A stretch of 64,000 nt of DNA from Octopus vulgaris (lineage: Eukaryota), in assembly GCA_951406725.2 (NCBI GenBank), contig OX597817.1:65100001-65164000 (forward strand), given 5' to 3'. The translations under genes and the position numbers were made by a program. Below are positions 13,556 through 26,117 of the stretch, piece after piece (within the stretch, counting starts at the first letter, position 1; every line of letters starts with the position of its first letter). Below the pieces are notes generated by a model, which had not been told where the DNA came from, did no database searches, and saw nothing but the letters and a program-made list of their open reading frames with translations.

Positions 13556-13864
13556 GGTGAGAGAAAGAGAGAGAGAGAGAAAACAAGCAAGTCTTTTCGC
13601 AGTTATATAAGGATTTATTGAAAACGAATAAAGCAAATTTAACTGAATCTAAGGGGGATAAAAAGTGAACTAGTCTAAGGGAGATAACTCCTAAGACTTT
13701 ACCTATCCTGAAAATGTTTAACCTGATTAAAATAGAAGACAGCAGTCTCCAGATGCTAGTATTTGTTGTTTAATCCCAAGTAAGTCCCGATTGAGTAGGC
13801 TTATTGTTAAGGATATTCCAAATAATACCATTTTCCCTAGTTGTAGTGTATTCTTTTGTTCCGG

Positions 13865-14431
13865 AGCTTATATAGCTATGGTAAGACCTCACCTGGAATT
13901 TGCATCACCGGTCTGGAACCCCTATCTTGCCCAGGACATCAATCGTCTGGAAGCTGTTCAGCGACGTGCAACCAAAAGAATACCCTCCATCAGGCATTTG
14001 CCATATCCTGAACGCCTTACTTCCCTGGGCATGGACACATTGAAACTCCGACGTCTGGCAGCTGACCTGGCAGACACCCATAAAATTATCAACCATTGCA
14101 CAAACAATAACACTGAGCACCTCTTCAAACACCCGTGGACATATTTACAAAGTAAGAAAACAGCACAGCTCCCATGACTTCAGGAAACATTTTTTCACGC
14201 TGAGAGTTGCTGAAGCGTGGAACAAACTGCCGGCATCGGTTGTTAGTTGTCGGAGCACTGCATCCTTCAAGACTTCCATGCTTCCTGAGATTCGCCAACA
14301 CTACACTTGATTTTCTCCCCTCCATACACACACAAGCATGTTCACTTTCCAGACATTTCTACATTACTGCATGTACTTTATATGCACTTTCTGACAAGTT
14401 GTGGTGCACCTGAGCACTGTATACAATAATT

Positions 14432-14487
<56 letters not shown>
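13865..14487 (+). mobile_element. 5'-truncated CR1-clade LINE (ORF2 C-terminus, 3' UTR, (TTA)n tail)
   Basis: YIAMVRPHLEFASPVWNPYL..DINRLEAVQRRATKRI..YPERL..L..TLKLRR; (TTA)n at 14435-14487. Confidence 0.9.
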
Positions 14488-14491
<4 letters not shown>

Positions 14492-14934
14492 GTGTTGGTG
14501 ATAATTATAGTGTACGTCCTGAGTTCGGTTAAATTTGTATGGCTTGGGAAGAAGACAAATATGTTGATTCTGATTAAGACCATCGTGTGTGTATGCGTGT
14601 GTGTATGAGTGTATGTATGTGTGTGTGTATGTATGTGTGTGAGTAAGCGAGTGAGAGAGTGAGAAAAAGAGAGAAAGAGAGAGAGGGAGAGAGAGAGAGA
14701 GAGAAAGAGAGAGAAGGGGGATTTTTTTCAACTGAAAATGTGTTCATTACAAACAAGTCTCTCTCTTTTCTCTCAGTCTATCTGCCTCCGATTCTCATCT
14801 CTCTCTCTCTCTCTCTCTCTCCCTCTCTCTCTCACTGTCTCCCGTGAACGTTGTACATTATAATTCTGCTGGATCAGGGTTTGCTTGGGGTAGAAGGGGG
14901 TGGGGGATAAAATGGAATAGAAGAAATAAATGAT

Positions 14935-14950
14935 AAGGATGACGACGTCA

Positions 14951-14984
<34 letters not shown>

Positions 14985-15026
14985 AGAAGAAGAAGAAGAA
15001 GAAGAAGAAGAAGAAGAAGAAAAAAA

Positions 15027-15060
<34 letters not shown>

Positions 15061-15290
15061 AGAAGAAGAAGAAGAAGAAGAAGAAGACGAAGAAGAAGAA
15101 GAAGAAGAAGAAGAAAAAGAAGAAGAGGAAGAAGAAGAAGGCGAAGAAGAAGAAGAAGAAGAAGAAGAAGAAGAAGAAGAAGAAGAAAAAGAAGAAGAAG
15201 AAGACGAAGAAGAAGAAGAAGAAGAAGAAGAAGAAGAAGAAGAAGAAGAAGAAGAAGAAACAACAGCAACAGCGACGACGACGACAACAA
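14935..15290. repeat. Compound (GAC)n/(GAA)n microsatellite
   Basis: Directly visible; ~280 bp of near-pure purine tract. Confidence 0.95.
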
Positions 15291-17013
15291 ATGATGTTTA
15301 CGATGGAACTTGTTTACATCTCGTCCCGACATCCATTGGGTCACAGGTTGGAACTACAATACCACGTTATCTTAATCATGTTTTTCTTTAAGACATTTCA
15401 GCATAGGAAGATAATTTTTCAAGTGTGTCCAAAAAAAAAAAACAACTTATAAATTGGCATACAAGAAGGTAATAAAGTTGTATTTATTATATTAAATCTC
15501 TGTTTCTTATTTACTGTACTCCTTCCCCGAAATTGCTGGCCTTGTGCCTAAATTTGTAATGAATACAGAGAGAGTATGCTAAGACGGTCTATATGATAAA
15601 ATTATTCATTTGGTACTACGATAGATCCATGTGGTTAAACAGTTCATAACTGTGAATAGCGAAATAATCAATTATAATATAATAATTATAATAATTATTA
15701 TAATCGCATTAGTGGAAGCTCACTATATACTTATCTGTGAAAATGTTAAGTTTGTGGGTCATGGATATAACACTGGTTGGACATTATTTCTCGACACACT
15801 GACTGACATCTTGGCATTATATCGAATCAATCAGCTATGTCTCAGAGCAAACATTGAAATCTTTCAACTTTCAGTTTTCAACTTGCTTGAAATGGCAGTG
15901 AAATCCCTGTTAAATCACACCTATACTCCCCCAAAAGAAAGGGAAACATAGGATAGTGTAGTTATAAAATAGTTGTCACGGGAGGAAAATACGAGATAGT
16001 CACTACTGGAATATTGTCGATCATCAGTCTCTCCGATCAGAGCTAACCTAGGGCAAAACAATACCATTTACATATATGTTTCCGCATCCAAATACCATGA
16101 ATTTAGATTTGGCTTGACCTTTGGTCTCTGAAAGATTGCTCAAATTATTAGTTATTATATTATTCTATAATAGAATATAATGAACGAAGATTTGGTTTTT
16201 GTTCCTTCAAAATTGTGTAGTAAAGTAATAGATTATTATATAATACTGTATTGAAATACAATAAATAAAGACTTGACTTGGCCTTTTAGCCCTTTATGAT
16301 GGCTCACGTTAATATTAGTCTTTGCATAATTCTGTATTTCATTACAGTGAATGTAGATTCTTGTTCTTACATAATTTGTCCAATTCAGTATGAATTATAA
16401 AATTCTGTGGGCAAATATAGCGAATGTAAGCATAGCTTTTGTCTGTCCAAAATGAATCGAGGTAATACCAATCATCATGTAACTACTATATTCAAATATA
16501 GCGCTTGTAGACTCGGTGTTTTGTTTCTCCAAGATTTCTCAAATTAATACCAAATACTAAATTTATCGATTAGATATTGATTGTTGGGGTATAAGGGGCT
16601 TTGAATAGAAGTACTACATTTGATGTTTGGCAGCTGCACCTTGTCCGAGACGGTCAGGTGTTTGGACAGGCATCACCAGATCCATCGTCGCTTGGGTTAA
16701 CGCCCAGAGTGGACAGGATTGAAGTTCATCAAGTCACTGAGGGTAGCCGAAGACCGGGAGAAGTGAAATCTGGTTGTGACGTCATCAACACCCTAACGGC
16801 CTCACAGACAAGGAATAGGTAGGAAGGAATGAAGGAAGGATGGGAGATACTGGTTGTTAAATAAGTTGATGGTGTTATATGAAAACCCAAAAGTTAATCT
16901 AATATTCTATAAACTGTATTGAAAACCACAATTACAGTGGTAATCCAGATAATCCGATTCAGTGTGGTAGATGAAGAATATCAAAAAGCCCAGAGAAAAA
17001 ACAAAAATACCGA

Positions 17014-17126
17014 CTAGTGTAAAAGAGAGAAAAAAACTCCATAGTCGTCACTCGCGAGTGAATATGACCTGGTAGTATCATGTTTCATGTTTTCACTTAT
17101 TGGGTGAAATTGGTGTCTACGTAGTC
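17014..17126 (-). CDS. Putative terminal coding exon of an uncharacterised minus-strand gene ((G)LRRHQFHPISENMKHDTTRSYSLASDDYGVFFSLLH*)
   Basis: Acceptor tttatgtctgttcag; an alternative in-frame acceptor starts the exon at 17156. Phase 1 matches the donor at 19747. Followed by ~900 bp of unique, 3' UTR-like sequence. Confidence 0.5.
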
Positions 17127-17156
17127 CTGAACAGACATAAACATCCACACGATCAC

Positions 17157-17213
<57 letters not shown>

Positions 17214-17694
17214 ACGAACACACACACACACACACACACAAGTTATGCACACGAATATAAATAGTAAAATTGAGATTGTTGCCGTAATTTAAAAGTAAAA
17301 CAATTCTCTGTAAGGAAATTTAAAAAAAAAAAAAAAAAAGACAAAGGGAGTTAACTCCTATGCTAGTAAAAGTGTAAGATTGTGGTTTGGCAGAAACAAC
17401 AGACAGGTGGACTAAAATATCTTACAGCGTTTACAACTATCTTTCTACATCCTGACTTTGAAGCTGCGTACAAACTTAACCACATAGACATAACAGCAAA
17501 ATATCCCTCATACTCCATTCGAATATCTTAAAAGAGAAGACATTTGATTATGTAGTTCTAGAATAACTGGAATAACTGGAAAAGAAAAAAAGACAGTAAT
17601 CACAAGACGAACGACTTTGGGCTTAGGTATGCAGCAACAGTAGCAGCAGCAACTGCCGTTGTACGCTTGGTAGTTCATGTCTCATGCAATCTAT

Positions 17695-18450
17695 TCTACT
17701 CTAGGCACAAAGTCCGAAATTTTTGGGGAGGAGGTCAGTCGATTGGATCGACTCCAGTACGCAACTGGCATTCAATTTATTGACCCGAAAGGATGAAAGG
17801 TAAAGTCGACATCGGTGGAATTTGAACTCAGAACATAAGGACACGAAATGCCTATTTATTTACTACATACAAGAGGCTAAACACAGAGAGGACAAACAAG
17901 GGCAGACAAACGGATTAAGTCGATTATATCGATCCCAGTGCGTAACTGGTACTTATTTAATGAACCCCGAAAGGATGAAAGGCAAAGTCGACCGCGGCGG
18001 AATTTGAACTCAGAACATAAAGACAGATGAAGTATTTATTTCTTTACTACCCACAAGGAGCTAAACACAGAGGGACAAACAAGGACAGACAAACGGATTA
18101 AGTATATTACATCGACCCCAGTGCGTAACTGGTACTTAATCTATCGATTCCGAAAGGATGAAAGGCAAAGTCGACCGCGGCGGAATTTGAACTCAGAACA
18201 TAAAGACAGATGAAGTATTTATTTCTTTACTACCCACAAGGAGCTAAACACAGAGGGACAAACAAGGACAGACAAACGGATTAAGTATATTACATCGACC
18301 CCAGTGCGTAACTGGTACTTAATCTATCGATTCCGAAAGGATGAAAGGCAAAGTCGACCACGGCGGAATTTGAACTCAGAACGTAACGGCAGACGAAATA
18401 CCGCTATGCATTTCGTCCGGCGCGCTAACGTTTCTGCCAGCTCGCCACCT
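17695..18450 (-). mobile_element. Tandem array of family B SINE: four cores at 182-183-bp period, only one full tRNA-like head
   Basis: gaaaggatgaaagg at 17787, 17969, 18152 and 18335; head ggcgagctggcagaaacgttagc only at ~18405-18450. Confidence 0.9.
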
Positions 18451-19139
18451 TTCATGTCTCATGTAATAATGGATAAATGAAGTTCCAGTAACGTACTAGT
18501 TCGATCCAGTTGACTTCACATCCACCTATAACAAGAAATAATAATTATTGCAAGCATAGAAGATTAGCAGAATCATTAGAATGGAATTTAGCTACGACCC
18601 TTTATGTTTTAAGTTCAATTTTCTCATCAATGTTGATTCATCCTTTCATCCTTCTAGTTCGATAAAATCAATACTTGATTTGATGCAATCGACTGTACTT
18701 CTAATTTGAGACTTTTTGTTAATGTTAAAAATTTATGCTACGGTAAGTGAATATAAAAAAAAATAGGAAGTAGTTCCTGGTAATCCGAGTTTCGATTCCT
18801 ATCACTTGTATTGCTAATAGGCTTGGAAAGAGCACGAATGTCATATCATCTCATTTACTATTGCAAAAATATTTGATACTTGGTGCTGTCTTTAGATTTT
18901 ATACCAATTCATGAACCTTTGGTGCCTTCAACGGTGTGCAGTTTTATGTTATCTTACATCCTTCTTCAAACTAGTCTTAGGAATCTGAAAGGTGCAATGA
19001 CCCTGCACTTACTCTCTAACTAAGCAAAAAAAAAACAAAAAAACCCACAGATATCCACAAATTTAGAATAAAATTGTCTGTTGAATCCAGACCGAAATTA
19101 ATTCTCAGTTAACCCCGCTTTATTTTACTCAACATCTTT

Positions 19140-19345
19140 ACTACTATTGGCACAAAGCTTGAAATTTTGGGGGACGGGGCTAGTTGATTTTATGGACCCA
19201 GTACTTAACTCACATTAATTTTTTCGACCCCATAACGATCAAAGGCAAGTCGAAATCGGTGAAATTGAAGCTTATAATGTAAAGCCGGAAGAAATGCCAA
19301 TAAACATTTTGTTCCGTCTACTATCAATTCTGCCAGTTCGCCTCT
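19140..19345 (-). mobile_element. Family B SINE (degenerate)
   Basis: Homology to 17695-17830 and 18380-18450. Confidence 0.75.
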
Positions 19346-19746
19346 CCGCCTACGTTGTTAATATCTCAGGAAAAGCATGGATAGTACTAAATCCGGTTAT
19401 CGCCCTATTTAAGCTGTTGGAGATTCTGTAACTAGTCAATAGACATTAATGGCTACTTTGAAAGAAAGGTAATGTGTTGTTGGTCTGGATTTCAGATTAT
19501 TGAACTAATTATATCCAAAGTTCAAATCTCGGAGTGTCAACTAACCCAAATCCTACCAAACCGATTTTCACACAAGCTAACTTAATTTCATCAATTATAG
19601 CATTCCACTGTAAATGAATTGAAACATAATGAAGAAATAAATATTCATTAAGAATGGAAAAAGCAGACTCAATTTGTGTTTCTCAGGAACATGCAAACAT
19701 CAGTGACATTCACTAGAGATGGTGGTGAATCCCATAACTCATTGAC

Positions 19747-19837
19747 CTGTTGGATCATAACTGAAGACTTCGTGTCTATAAAATGTATTTCGAGGATATC
19801 TCAAGGATGGAGGAACAGCTTGAACATCTAATTCTCT
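19747..19837 (-). CDS. Putative internal coding exon (RELDVQAVPPSLRYPRNTFYRHEVFSYDPT-G), 91 nt, phase 0 to 1
   Basis: Acceptor tatcttacag, donor CAG|gtcaat; non-repetitive island; open frame compatible with both neighbouring exons. Confidence 0.55.
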
Positions 19838-20117
19838 CTGTAAGATACGTCTTTTGAAGGTGTTGACCCCGGCACAGGAAATTAAAAAATCATCCGTTAA
19901 TTTTACATTACTATCGCTGCTAAAGTACCAGTTCATTGTGATGGGTTTGTAGAATTGTTAGAGTGTCAGAAGAGGTACTTGGCGGTATCTGTTTCGGCTC
20001 TCAGTGCTTTGAGATAGAATTGCGTCAGGATCAACTTTACTGTTCATCGTTTTGGGGCAGATAAATTGTATCAGCCAAAAATAGTGGACTGGTGGAATTG
20101 CTAGAACGTCGAACGAA

Positions 20118-20119
<2 letters not shown>

Positions 20120-20161
<42 letters not shown>

Positions 20162-20655
20162 GTACATATAGGATCACGTATGTATGTATGTATGTATGTA
20201 TGTATGTATGTATGTATGTATGTATGTATGCATGCATGTATGTATGTATGCATGTATGCATGTTGGTATGTATGTATGTATGTATGTATGTATGTATGTA
20301 TGTATGTATGTATGTTATGTATGTATGTATTTATGCATATATGCATGCATGTATATATGTCTGCATGTATGTATGTATGTATGTATGTATGTATGTATGT
20401 ATGTATGTATGTATGTATGCATGCATGTATGTATGCATGCATGTATGTATGTTGGTATGTATGTATGTATGCATGTATGTATGTATGTATGTATGTATGT
20501 ATGTATGTATGTATGTATGTATGTATGTATGTATGTATGTTATGTATGTATTTATGCATATATGCATGCATGTATATATGTCTGCATGTATGTATGTATG
20601 TATGTATGTATGTATGTATGTATGTATGTATGTATGTATGTATGTATGTATGTAT
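20120..20655. repeat. (CA)n followed by a long interrupted (TATG)n
   Basis: Directly visible. Confidence 0.95.
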
Positions 20656-21621
20656 CAGCAAGGTGTGAAAACCAGCATATTCATGCAAGAATAGTTTATC
20701 TATTCATATTTGACAGAGTTATCTACCTCTATACAACTGGCCTTAAAAAGAAAAACAAAAAAAAAAGCAGGAAGGAAGGAAGGGGGTTCCCGGTAATGTC
20801 CTAGTCTAAATTACTGAAGTAAAGGAGAGAGCCCCCACCCCACCCACCCCAGTAGTGGTCAACTTCTGATGAACCGATTCTCGGTTTTAAGATTCTTTCA
20901 ATCAGTTATACGCATTAAGTGGGCTCAAATTTTTCGAGCCCACCAACTATTGAAATCATACTCCTTATGTAATATATCAATCTAAAATCTGGATATCAAT
21001 TAAAACGAATTTCCAAGTGACAAAAGAAAGAAGAAAAAAAAGGAAAACCATACGGGAACAGAAACAAAGAAAAACCCGAGTGATTTTTTTACAATGTAGG
21101 GGAAATAACTGTTGCTGGCTTTAAATTGATTATTGAAATATCAGTATGTTAAGATTTCTGTCTGTATAAAGATAAAGAGTGACCTTCAAAAGTGAATCGT
21201 TACTTAGGCCATTCTCATGAAAGCACAACCAAGTACAAATTTTCAAAAATTGTTTAGAATGCGCAGGAAAATAAATAAATAAATATATAAATAAATAAAC
21301 AGTACTAAAAACCCACAACGATATTTTGAAATGGTTCGTTTTCGATTAGATATCCTTATTGGAATTATTTCTTCTAGCTCTACAGTGTTATCTTTACTTT
21401 TGTCACTTACGTCATGCCCAGTTTTGTCACGTACGTCACATTAGATAAATGTTAACTGTGATCACGGCAAATTCATTTAACATTTTTTGCCATCTCAAGG
21501 TCCACCGTAAATAAGCGCAATGAGGCTTTTTATGGTTCTCTGAAGAAACTCAAAAGAATTAGCAGTTAATTTTTAAAAGCAAAAAAATGTCACAATTTTT
21601 AGATCTTATTTTTTTTTTACG

Positions 21622-22030
21622 TTTTACTTGTTTTAGCCATTAGGCTGCGGCCAAGCTGGAGCAACCCTTCGAAGTATTTTTAGTCGAATGAATAGAACCA
21701 AGTACTGAATTTTTTGTTAAGCCTGGTACTTATTCTATCGATCTCTTTTGCTGAACTGCTAATTTATGGGGACATAAACACATCAACTCCGGTTATAAAG
21801 TGGTGGTGGGAGACAAACACACACACACGCGCACACGCACACACACACACACACATACACACACACACACAACGGGCTTCTTTCAGTTTCTGTCTACCAA
21901 ATCCACTCACAAGGCTTTGGTTGGTTCTAGGCTATAATAAAAGACACTTGCCCAAGGTTCCACGTCGTAGGAATGAACTCGGAACTACGTGGTTGGGAAG
22001 GAAACTTCTTACCACACAACCATACCTGCC
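21622..22030 (-). mobile_element. Family A SINE (older copy)
   Basis: Collinear with 5301-5741. Confidence 0.85.
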
Positions 22031-22282
22031 TAAAGAAAATTCAACTGACATTCCAGGTAAAACAAAAATGTGTTTAATTCTTGCCTGAATAGTTAAAACT
22101 TTATTGCGAAAAACGAATCAATCCATTTCTTTTAAATGTCCAAGGTTTACGGCAACGATATTCCATAATTATCTCCCTGACTGTCACGTACGCCACGCGA
22201 AAATGGATCATCGGATGAAAATTTGAGCTTAAGTAGCTTCACAGAGAAATTTATTAAACTAAAATCTTCAGATGCAGTCAAT

Positions 22283-22387
22283 GGTGATTATGATGATGAT
22301 GATGATGATGATGATGGTGGTAGTGGTGGTGGTGATGATGGTGATGATGATGATGATGGTGTTGGTAGTGATAATGATGATGATGAC

Positions 22388-22460
<73 letters not shown>

Positions 22461-22907
22461 CATACCTTCTTAAAAACCGGTTTTATTGCTAAAAGCGGAT
22501 GCTGGAATAAATGGATACAATACCAGTTCACTTTACTGCAAATAATCCCGGATAATTTTGGTACCCATCCCTGACAGATCAGATAAACTGGATTGAAGCA
22601 GTGTAGAGAATAAAGTATCATACATTCAGCGAATCAGCGAAGTGTCAGTAATGGGTTTCAATGCATGGTATAATCCCCGTCCCCCAAGTCCTCCTCCCCT
22701 CTTCTTCTTCTTCTTCTTCTTCTTCTTCTTCTTCTTCTTCTTCTTCTTCTTCTTCTTCTTCCTCCTTCTCCTTCTCCTCCTCCTCCTCCTCTTCTGCCTC
22801 CTCCCCCTCCTCACCACCACCTTCGCCGCCGCCGCCTTCGCTGCCGCTGCCGCTGCCCTCGCTGCCGTTGCCGTCACCACCAAGACCACCACTACCACCA
22901 CTTCCTT

Positions 22908-22971
<64 letters not shown>

Positions 22972-23032
22972 ATCATCATCATTGCCATCGTCGTCGTCGT
23001 CGCCGTCATCATCATCATCATCATCATCATCT

Positions 23033-23089
<57 letters not shown>

Positions 23090-23103
23090 CCACCACCATC
23101 ATC

Positions 23104-23168
<65 letters not shown>

Positions 23169-23226
23169 AATCACCACCACCACCACCACCACCACCACCA
23201 CCACCACCACCACCACCACCACCACC

Positions 23227-23260
<34 letters not shown>

Positions 23261-23270
23261 TTGCCATCAT
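22283..23270. repeat. Trinucleotide microsatellite complex: (GAT)n, spacer, then (CTT)/(CCT)/(GCC)/(CAT)/(CAC)n
   Basis: Directly visible. Confidence 0.95.
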
Positions 23271-23929
23271 TTAGAGTGATAACATTACCACCCATATACA
23301 GCCGCTATGACGTCACGCTTCGCTTACGTCATACAATTGGAAAGTTTACATAACCAACTGGACGTTGAAGACGTTTTCAGATTTTCTAATGGTTCGTTGT
23401 GCTAGTTGTCACATGGGAGAAGCATTTGTTTTCTTAATTAAGGTTGAAAAGATGATTTCTGTTGAGATTGCAGCTTCAGCTGCCTCATCTGAGTGAAATA
23501 TATGACACACTGTTAACAGCGACACGGTACAGGTTTTTAGGTAATACGTAGACTCTGAAAAACAAAATCTCCTTGCAATATCATGTCATATAAAGCTTAT
23601 TAATAAGCATTTTGGTAAAACTAAATTATATGGCACCTCGTGTTTGGCTGTGTGGTTAAGAAACTTGCTTTGCAATCATATGATTTCGGGTTCAATTTCT
23701 CTATATAGCATCTTGGGCATGTGTCTGCTGCTATAAGCCCCGCATATATATTCTTTTACTTGTTTCAGTCATCTGACTACGCCTTGAAGGGTTTTAGTCG
23801 AACAAATCGACCTCAGGACTTATTTCTTAAGGTTAGTACTCTTGGGTTTGTCCTTGTTATTCACGGGACACTTTATTCAAAACGACTACAAGCGCTCGTA
23901 CATCACAGGTGTCATGCATTCCACGTGCA

Positions 23930-24102
23930 TCTCTTCAGGTAACTTTTCAAATAAATACCTCGTTTTTTATTTGCTTCGCTTATTTTATCTTAGCTCATTA
24001 TGGAGACGGACGGAATCCTACACTAGCTAAAAAATGTGTTATAGAAATAGGCGAAACGGCAAGTAAAAACGAGTTACTTATTTGAAAAGTCACCCGAAGA
24101 GA
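23930..24102. repeat. Imperfect inverted repeat, ~60-bp arms with ~50-bp spacer (MITE-like or foldback)
   Basis: Left arm tctcttcaggtaacttttcaaataaatacctcgttttt; reverse complement of right arm tctcttcgggtgacttttcaaataagtaactcgttttt. Confidence 0.85.
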
Positions 24103-24240
24103 CGTATCTGCACCTATAATGCAGGACAATTGATTTTGAACAAAGGAATCTCGTGAATTTCTTTTTCTGTCTCTCATCCTATATATATATATATATATAG
24201 ATAAGAAAGTTGGTTTGTGAAAGCACGTGGTTGAATATAT

Positions 24241-25508
24241 AGAAAATAGTAAAAAGTGAAAAAACTACAGAAGGCTTGTTTTAAAAGGTTAAAGAATATA
24301 TATTTAAGTCAATATGTCTGAAGAATATTATAAATTTTTTTCCTACAATGACATAGTTTAGAAGAAAGACCGGTTTCGCGTTTAGCTTTTCAAATTTCTT
24401 ACGTCGTTATGTTTATGTTGAGAGGAGTTATCGTTATGTTTATGTTGAAAAGAGTTCTAAATAAGGGGAGGTAATAAGTGATTTCTTCCGGTGTAAGGGA
24501 GATAATCGCTTAAAATTGTTTTCCTTTCCTTTGGGGTGAATTTCTCTGTATAAGTATGTTGGAATGGTTAGGTCTGGGCTTGTACTTTTCAATGAAGAAT
24601 GTTTCCTTGTTTAGTCTAGTTTGTGTTGATGATCCGATAGCACATTGGTAAAATGGAAAGATTAAAAATTGTGGTAGTAGTTGCTTTGCGCATTTCTCAA
24701 TGTGCTCACTAAAAGGTATCATTCTGTATTCTGGGAATACAATCTGTTGTCGATGCAGTGTGCATCTACGTCTGAGTGATAGTCCCGTGGATCCTACGTA
24801 GTCTTGGTGGCAGCCCGAGCATTTTATGACATAAATTATGTTTTCAGAGGCACAAGTAAAATTAGATTTGATCTTGAATTTCTGTCCCTCTTTGAAGAGG
24901 TTTGGACATGTTGCACAGTTCGATCTACCACATTTTTTAACTTTTGCATCCGTAATTTCAGAAAACAATTTTGCCTTTGTGAGAATCTTTTTAAGTGATT
25001 TAGGTTGTTTGTAGTTTTTAATGATTTGGTGTATGTTTAGAATTTCCTTTATTTTGGGGTCCTTATGAAGTATTGGTAAATTCTGGGTGATGATGGTGAA
25101 GGCTTCTTTGTTTCTGGGGTTGTATGTAGATATGTAAGGTAGTATTTTCGGGGAAGGTGTGTTGTTGTGTTGAACTTTTCTTAAAGTTTCTATGTTGATT
25201 TCTGTTGCACGTCTGATCCCATCCTCTATGAGTTGAGCTGGGTAATGTCTGTCAATTAGGGTGTTTTTGAGTTCTTGCAGTCTAAAGTTCCTGGTATTTT
25301 GTTCTGACACTATTGTGCATATCCTTCTTGCAAGGTTGAAGGGGATGTTTGTTTTAGTGTGAGAAATTCAAGATCAAATCTAATTTTACTTGTGCCTCTG
25401 AAAACATCATTTTAGGAAAAAAATTTATAATATTCTTCAGACATATTGACTTAAATATTCTTTAACCTTTTAAAACAAGCCTTCTGTAGTTTTTCACTTT
25501 TACTATTT

Positions 25509-25511
<3 letters not shown>
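24241..25511 (-). mobile_element. 5'-truncated Penelope-like element (Neptune type) with GIY-YIG endonuclease ORF and inverted terminal duplication
   Basis: Open frame ~25361-24510: NIPFNLARRICTIVS, CGRSNCATC zinc motif, NIIYVIKC..C..DYVGST..L.RR...H (GIY-YIG). 24241-24345 is inverted at 25413-25511. Confidence 0.92.
24362..24400 (-). ncRNA. Candidate minimal hammerhead ribozyme in the PLE 3' terminal region (U3-A8 variant)
   Basis: Minus strand aagaaa-t-UUGAAAA-gc-taaac-gc-GAAA-ccg-GUC-tttctt; palindromic ACCGGT stem III; 6-bp stem I with a 1-nt bulge. Confidence 0.55.
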
Positions 25512-25585
<74 letters not shown>

Positions 25586-25679
25586 TACTCTCTCTCCTCT
25601 ATTTTTGTCTCTCATCTTTTTATATAAACTCAACGGACACGAAGGAATTCCTGAAGAAAATCCAACACTGATTCGGAGA

Positions 25680-26117
25680 GGCTAATTCCCTGGTGTAAAG
25701 GTACCACACTTAGTCGCATTAAAAAAAGATGTGGGTTCGAGTCCCACGCGGATAAGAAAGCCTTTTTTCTGTGGAGAGTTTATATGCCCCTTTATTAAAC
25801 TATTTTCCTTAGTCATTGCACGGTGATCGCCATAAGCTGTAAGCTTATATAAAAATACCATTACTATTATTTACAGGATTGTAAAACACGGCACGGTATA
25901 AAAAACCCTTTCGCACTGAAAGCATATAGAAAGCTTGTTTACATAAAAACAAATACGAACTAATATACTTCTTAAATTTGACAGAAACGGGGAAGCTAAT
26001 TCGCTGGTGTAAAGGTAACACACTTAGATGCGATAAGAAAGGGATGTGGGATCGAGTCCCTTTTATGTCCCTTTATTTCACGGTGATCGTCATAAGCTTT
26101 AAGCTTGTATGAAAATA

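Noticed and set aside
14930-15391. 153-aa poly-Thr/Lys/Glu ORF
   Set aside because: Pure (GAC)/(GAA) repeat; no splice or domain support.
16907-17046. Hydrophobic TM-like peptide (LWSFFLSFTLVGIFVFSLGFLIFFIY) after a TGA in a frame overlapping the terminal exon; readthrough or selenocysteine considered
   Set aside because: That frame has further upstream stops and no compatible acceptor; T-richness explains the hydrophobicity.
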